From NCBI GenBank assembly GCA_002633005.1, contig NMRA01000197.1:384534-448533 (forward strand): a DNA stretch of 64,000 bases, read 5' to 3'. The translations under genes and the position numbers were made by a program. This stretch comes from Phoronis australis (taxonomy: Eukaryota > Animalia > Phoronida). Positions 48,901 through 64,000 of the stretch are shown here, piece by piece. The notes beneath the pieces were generated by a model, which was given only the letters and a program-made list of their open reading frames with translations, did not search any database and was not told the DNA's origin. Positions within the stretch are counted from its first letter, which is position 1; each line of letters opens with the position of its first letter.

Positions 48901-51900
48901 TTGAAATTTCTTTAGCACCTCCCAGAGCATTGCAATTTAAACCCCTAAGAAAACAAATATTAAATAAATCGGTGTTCATATCAAATGATCAGTTACCATA
49001 GTAACAGGGTTAGGTATACTATTACTTACTTAGATGTAATGTAGTCTCCAGGAGTGTAGAATGCGTTACAGAAGGTATCTGTGTAGGCGCTGTGTAGTTT
49101 TTTAAACATCTGAAATAGTACAGGGAAAATTATTTAGAATAACGGACATGCCTGGTTGTGACAGAGAAGTATAAAATTGAAGAAATAGCCAATTTCTGCC
49201 ATGCTTACCGGTAATCTAAGTTCCAAGTACAACTCTTATACCAGGATTTTGACAGTTACCTCACGCTAGAAAAATGAACTAGCTCGACCAAAATTATATC
49301 CGTAAATTACTAATTTAAGGAAAAAGCAGTCCTTTACATATTTTGAAATAAATAAATTTTTATAAAATAAAACTATTCTATCTTACTGAAAATCACCTAT
49401 GAAAAAGAGGAAGTACTAAAATGTCTCCGATTAGAGAAGAGTTCCGCCATCCATCACACAAACGTAGCTGCAAACTACAAGACATGTTTGACAGACAAGA
49501 CGATGACACTTACGCTTCTTATCTCATTATCTCTCAGTGTTGTATTCGATGATTCTACAACTATCACAAACTTGATTTTGGTGTTAGTAACATAACCATA
49601 CCTGCACATTAGAGTTAAGGAAGGAATGAAGGATTTACACTTATTTTACCTGTGTCTTCAATAATTCAGTGATCAAAACACAAATTCAGTGATCAAAACA
49701 CAAATTCAGTGATCAAAACACAAATTCAGTGATCAAAACACAAATTCACTGCTATAACTTCCGTGAACAGATTTCTGTCATTTGAGATGTGCTGGACTAT
49801 CAGGAATTGCTTTAGCAACTCAAGAGAACACAATTTAAATACTCAAATGTTACACGAAGTAGCCTTTTCACCGTCATGATGCATGTCATCACGAGAAAAC
49901 AGCAAACAATGTCGAAACCTGCAGTAGTAGTATGTATCTGCCAAGAACACCAATGTGAGATGGTGTCGTTCACAGCTATTTGAATAACCGGTAACTGAAC
50001 ATTCCTTTGGTGACGAAAGCAGTCAGGTACTAGGGCTAACTTATGACTTCAATGTGATCTGAGTGATGTTGTTAACATATTGCAGGAATTAAATATACAT
50101 ATTATGTAACTGTTCAAGTTAGGCTTAAATATACATATTATGTAACTGTTCAAATTAGGCTTACATATAAATACTAGGTAACTGTTCAAGTTGGGGTTAA
50201 ATTAAACATGTTATGTAACTGTTCAAATAAGGCTTACATATAAAGACTAGGTAACTGTTCAAGTTGGGGTTAAATTAAACATGTTATGTAACTGTTCAAA
50301 TTAGGCTTACATATAAATACTAGGTAACTGTTCAAGTTGGGGTTAAATTAAACATGTTATGTAACTGTTAAAATTAGGCTTACATATAAATACTAGGTAA
50401 CTGTTCAAGTTGGGGTTAAATTAAACATGTTATGTAACTGTTCAAATTAGGCTTACATATAAAGACTAAGTAACTGTTCAAGTTGGGGTTAAATTAAACA
50501 TGTTATGTAACTGTTCAAATTAGGCTTACATATAAATACTAGGTAACTGTTCAAGTTGGGGTTAAATTAAACATGTTATGTAACTGTTCAAGTGAGGTTA
50601 CATAATATTATGTAACTGTTCAAGTTAAGGTTAAAGTTTAACCAGACTTAAGAAACAGGACCAGCCTATTTTGAAATTGAAAGTCAGGAAATAAAATGAT
50701 GTAGCAGTTACAAACATCATAGCTGGTAATTACAGAACTTAATTCTACCTCCTATTTATTTGCCAACAATCAGGGTGGTCATAATTAATCAGAATATTCG
50801 TAATTAATCAGGAAACAATATGTCCGACATGTGAAAGTTCATTTTCTCACATTTTTCACAAAAGATAATATGCAGTTCTGAATTAATGTGCAAGTTTCGT
50901 AATATAGATGCTATCGAACAATATTTTGAAATGCGAGCATCCACAAAACCATTAGATACTTTTGAAAAGTCAAACGGGCAAGTCTGGCGCTTAGTTTTGT
51001 CAGAATTTGGTTCACAGATTTTACGGTAGCAGGCTCTGGTAATACCTGATAACATTTAATCGCTTAAATGACCAAAACATGGTTGACCCAAACAGTTCTA
51101 ACATAAGTCTGAGTGTGCAGCTTCACCTATTCATGCTTCATTGCATCCAAAGGGGGCGGTAGTAATGTTATGAATGAAGGATACACTTTGTAATCTTCAG
51201 TTGGGTAGAGCAGTCCCAGGTACAGTTCCCTCAAGTCATTCACATTTTTGCCAACAGAAGCCACTTTTTCCTCTACAACATCCAGTGAGGTATGGACAGT
51301 GTAGTAGAATTTGAGTTCATTGTCAGCAGGAACTGTCTTGATAAAGAGAGGATAGTTCTGCAAGGTGAAACAGTTTGCATTAAGCAAATTTAATGAATAA
51401 TTGTTTAGTAAACGAAATCTCAGCAAGTAATCTAGCAGCAAACATGTCAAGTAAGAAGTGGGCTAATGTAAACTTTGTTCAAGGTTGAGGTAACTATTAC
51501 TGAAACTATGGACAATCTGCAGGCATTTCAGGTCTGTAAATCAACTAAAACTAGCATTAGTTGGGTCCAACAGAAAGGAGTGATCTAATCCCAGTAAGTT
51601 GAAATCTGACTTATCTGATAGGCCAAGTGCACAAACTACAACAGCCATATTATTACTGTGGAACACTGCCCGAATAAAAAAAATATCTGACTTGTGCAAG
51701 CCCGACTGTAAATGCAAGCACAAATGCTATTCACCAAGTGAAAATAAATGTGTCCATTCAGAGTAAATTAAACATCATGCAGGGCTCAACATTAACTTTT
51801 GAAGCCACTTGCCCTTCGGGCAAGTAGTTGAAAATTTTACTTGCCCGAATAACGAATTCACTTGCCCCAAGTACAATCCCAAATAGCACCGCGCATGTGC

Positions 51901-54393
51901 ACACCTACTGTAGGTAACGTGTTACCGTAGGGCTGCCTGTGCTGAGCCTCCTCTTGTGTTGTGCACGCTACATACATGAGTTACTATTTTTTTAACGATT
52001 CTTCTTATATAACATTTATTTATAAGGTGTGTCAAAACACTAGAGAGACAAATTAGAAGAGTAACTATGGTATCTGAACCATTGTCACACATTCACAGGC
52101 GCCGGAAAGAGCTAGTTCATGAACTCTCGACACTTCTGCGTATTCATTAGTTTATTACGCCCTTATGCATTAAACTTGAGTTGTTGCCAACCTAAATTTC
52201 AATTTTTGCTATCCGTAAAAATCTTGCACCGTTTTGGTCATCGGTACCTTGTATTAAATTAAAATCAAATTTAAACATATAATAATGCCACATATACTTT
52301 TATTTTCAATAAATAATTACATTTTTGAAAAACAGATAGACCGCGAAAAAGTCAAACTTCAGAACGGCAATCCCGAAGACCGTATCGTATTCCTCTTCTT
52401 TCGGGAGTCGCCACCGGGAGCGGGGAATTCATAAGAATGTCCTTTGGAATTCCCCCTGAATAAATACCAGACCTTTTAAACTGCTGTGTAGTGTAGAAAA
52501 TATGTCGTCAATCCTTCACTTTTTAGCTTTTGCGCTTATCTGTATGACTTACATCCGCTGACGAACGCGGTACTTCCAGCTGTACGTGGGTAAACGCCGG
52601 CAAAAATCAAACGTCGTCCATTGTTCACTGTCTCGCAGGCCAGAAAACCTAATTTCCCATGACGGAACCCATCCCCGCACTTTTTTCGTTTCATATTATT
52701 GCTTTGATTCTTCCTGAACTTGTTTTTTAGCAACTAAACCAATGCCGTCCAGGCNNNNNNNNNNNNNNNNNNNNNNNNNNNNNNNNNNNNNNNNNNNNNN
52801 NNNNNNNNNNNNNNNNNNNNNNNNNNNNNNNNNNNNNNNNNNNNGGTAATAGTCGGATAAGTTGGTCCCATTTCAAATTCTGTCAGGAATACTTAAAAAA
52901 TAAAATGAAGTGTCGCAATATACAATTACCCACTCTTATGGATCACGCGCGCCACTCTACTCACACTTTTTCGTGAAATCTACAACATTTGAGAAGATAC
53001 GCGACAAATTATGTTCGCCTCCCGAGCGTTTTTCCTCGATCCAAGATGTCCGCCAATGAACTCACGTTCGCGAGAGGACCGGCGTTGTTCTCGCGAACGG
53101 GGTCACGTTCGCGAGAGAACACGTGTTGTCTTCTCGCAAACGCAAACTAACTAACGTTCGCAAGAGTCCAAAAATGAACCCAATGAGAAAACGCAAAACT
53201 CCAACTTAGTTAAAAGAGATTTTAAAAAAAGGTTTTGTCGTTTCACCCGCTGATGACGTCATACCCCACTGTGCCAGGGTAGCATAAATAATGACTCCGT
53301 GAAAAAATGACCCGAATTCTGGCGGATACGGATTGGCGGAAAATTGCTATAGGTGTGGGTGCATTTGCGGGGGGCGGGGTTGGATTCAAAAGGGAAGGTA
53401 AAACGACTTTTTGTCGTACGTTTCGCACGCTAATTACGTCATATCCATAACAATCGATCGAGTGTGGCAACAAAATGAACCGTATGAGAAAACGCAAAAC
53501 TCCAACTTTATAGCTATAAAAGAGACTTTTGAAAAAAGGTTTTGTCGTTTCGCCTGCTAATGACGTCATATTTCACTATGCCAGGCCTTTTTATTAAACT
53601 CTTGAAATACAGATTAAATTCGGACCGTTCTACTGGGTGTCGCTAAAAACATACAACAAATGTATTTTTCATTTTCTTAGTAGGTAGCAAGGTCAGGTGG
53701 TTTTCAATCCAATTTGTGAATATTTAATTAAAATAAATTGCAAACGCAGGTTACGCCATCAAAGGTGACGTGTTAACTTCTGCATACTTCCAATAACATT
53801 TATATATGATATTTCCTAATCGTGTCCGGTATGTACCAAGTTATCCGACTATTACCTGAGTTACAAGTGATTCCAACCCTGAGGTTTTCAATCACTTGAG
53901 GGGAATTTTTAAGCATCATTAGAGAATTTCATGTGATTTTCAATATTTTTAAGAGGGGAATAAGACCGATATTTAGCCTCAAATTTGAGGTATTGAGGGC
54001 CCTGTTGAGCTGGAAGTACTTAAAGACTCCAACTGCCTACAGAGCCAGAGGTGTTCATCCACACTCAAAAGTGTATACTGAATACTAGAATGTTAGTAAC
54101 GTAACATTGATAGCTTATCTAGGCTCAAGTTTAATTTGCAGAAAATGTTGCGGCATTCTGGATGCAATATGATGTGCTACTGCCAAGCGTTTGGCTATAG
54201 AACCGTCTAATGTCCGACAAGTAAAAAAATTTAATATGGATCATGGATGTTAAAAAACCATATTGTGTGAGTCATTACATGTGGATAGAGAGGATAACAT
54301 ATACACAATAACAGCCATAAAGATGATGCCGAGCGTGCCCAGCAAGAACAGTTGACATACTTCCTTTGCAATAACAGCAACACAAACGGCCAT
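45974..54393 (-). CDS. TRAPPC2L: Trafficking protein particle complex subunit 2-like, 138 aa
   Basis: Exons 54393-54361, 51357-51185, 49601-49514, 49109-49030 and 46016-45974 give [42 protein letters not shown]...[84 protein letters not shown]. Confidence 0.96.
46823..47263. mobile_element. Foldback (almost fully palindromic) MITE
   Basis: tcaaggtacctaaactacacggttaacggactcat... / ...atgagtccgttgactgtgtagtttaggtaccttga, with arms of ~180 bp. Confidence 0.8.
47427..48717 (+). mobile_element. Non-autonomous Helentron/HINE-like element with a central tandem array (interrupted by a gap)
   Basis: Starts aacaagag. SubTIR atgcgcccac (47452-47461). Central ~452-bp periodic core, (GGAC)n microsatellite, terminal palindrome atgcgtccacatat-aa-atatgtgggcgcat (48683-48712), then ataaaaa. 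Confidence 0.72.
47711..48024. other. Assembly gap (N run)
   Basis: Run of N. Confidence 1.
49662..49748. repeat. 20-bp tandem repeat, ~4 copies
   Basis: Unit aattcagtgatcaaaacaca. Confidence 0.9.
50090..50635. repeat. Minisatellite with an alternating ~36/37-bp dimer (73-bp higher-order unit)
   Basis: Alternation of ...gtaactgttcaagttggggttaaattaaacatgttat and gtaactgttcaaattaggcttacatataaatactag. Confidence 0.92.
51780..52754. mobile_element. Left part of a hAT-like element truncated by a gap
   Basis: Starts cagggctcaacattaac followed by subterminal cttgccc/gggcaag repeats. CpG-rich interior. Confidence 0.5.
52755..52844. other. Assembly gap (N run)
   Basis: Run of N. Confidence 1.
52845..53856. 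mobile_element. TIR element with an internal direct repeat
   Basis: ggtaatagtcggataagttggt at the left (abutting the gap) and accaagttatccgactattacc at the right. ~100-bp direct repeat at ~53170-53275 and ~53472-53585. Confidence 0.7.
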
Positions 54394-55101
54394 TTTAGTC
54401 CAGTGTGAATGGTGTACTGTGATTGGCACCTCAACTTTGCACTTTCGCTACTGAGTACTAGTGTGTGACTTCAGTGCAGAAGTTTACACTTTACACGGTG
54501 AATTGCGACGTTTTTCACTGTCTGATTCTGCCCTGGTCCTCCTAACTGTGCTCTCCAACTGTTCAAAGACGCCTTATACTATAGAACCGGAGTACTGTTC
54601 CGTTCACTGTCACATATGTGCCTGTGGCTGTGCCGGTGTGGCAGTCAGCAGTGGATTCTCAGAGTCGGTTCCGATATCAGTTTATCACTCAAATCGACTT
54701 TAGGCCGGAGACATCTCAAGTAGATTTCCCGTTGCGTCACTCTAAGAGATCGATAGAATATCCTAGGGTGACGCAAGGTGTTCTATGCAATTCGTTCCCA
54801 GCTGCGGTAACTTAAAATAAAACTGGGTAAGACAACAAAACAGATAGGATATTCTCGCTTACACCTAGTGGTCAATTTCGAAACTAAACCACCTAACGTT
54901 CGAAGCAAGTACTATTTCTAGATAGAAAATGAAAAACTCGATTCTAGAATAAAAACACCACTCTTAACAGTGTTAAACAGAAATGAACACATCACAATTT
55001 CTTGGTTCATTCAAAATAAATTTCCTTGGACTCGTCGTCAAAAATAACAGCGCCCCCTGACGATAGATCATTCATTTTCTCCCGCCTAATTCGGAGGGGA
55101 A
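54394..55101. promoter_or_regulatory. Bidirectional promoter region between TRAPPC2L (-) and SUPT16H (+)
   Basis: Divergent start codons ~710 bp apart. CpG-rich and free of obvious repeats. Confidence 0.75.
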
Positions 55102-63733
<8,632 letters not shown>

Positions 63734-64000
63734 GTAGGCAAGATTTCAGCAATGATTTAGCCATTGTGATCATGAGTGTTTGTCTGCAATGTTTAGTTTA
63801 GAAAATGGTGTGTCTAAGACCAGGATTTGCTGTAAGCAAAAATGATCCAAACATGGTTGGAATTGTGTCCTGTTTTCACGTTCTTATCTTCCTATGTGGC
63901 AGTTCACTCACAGAGCACGTTACTATTAATTTTACAGAAAAAGTTTATCACAGCTATACATTGCAGGTCATATAACCAGACATTTAACTGATTAAGGCTG

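Larger units (their letters stand above)
49602..51184 (-). other. U12-type (minor spliceosome) GT-AG intron of TRAPPC2L
   Basis: 5' splice site GTATCCTT and branch site TTCCTTAAC ~10 nt upstream of the 3' AG, with no polypyrimidine tract. Confidence 0.92.

Overview
AT-rich, intron-rich animal genomic DNA (features fit an invertebrate, probably a lophotrochozoan such as a mollusc, but the sequence alone cannot fix the taxon) with three N gaps. Five spliced genes were reconstructed by hand from GT-AG junctions and reading frame: the 5' part of PIGN (- strand, runs off the left edge); an uncharacterised 429-aa protein made of four ~90-aa repeats and ending in a CaaL prenylation box (+); a kappaB-Ras/NKIRAS GTPase (+, 195 aa); TRAPPC2L (-, 138 aa, with one U12-type intron); and the 5' part of SUPT16H/Spt16 (+, runs off the right edge), head-to-head with TRAPPC2L. 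Introns and intergenic DNA hold many non-autonomous DNA transposons: Mutator-like (9-bp TSD), hAT-like (5-, 6- and 8-bp TSDs), Tc1/mariner-pogo-like (TA), Kolobok-like with a THAP remnant, and a Helentron/HINE-like element, plus SINE heads and minisatellites. The most notable observations are the four-repeat prenylated protein, tandem arrays of splice acceptors at two NKIRAS exons, transposon-borne phased CTCF-like motifs, and a covarying terminal hairpin in a Mutator-like family. Most entries in the supplied ORF track are spurious.
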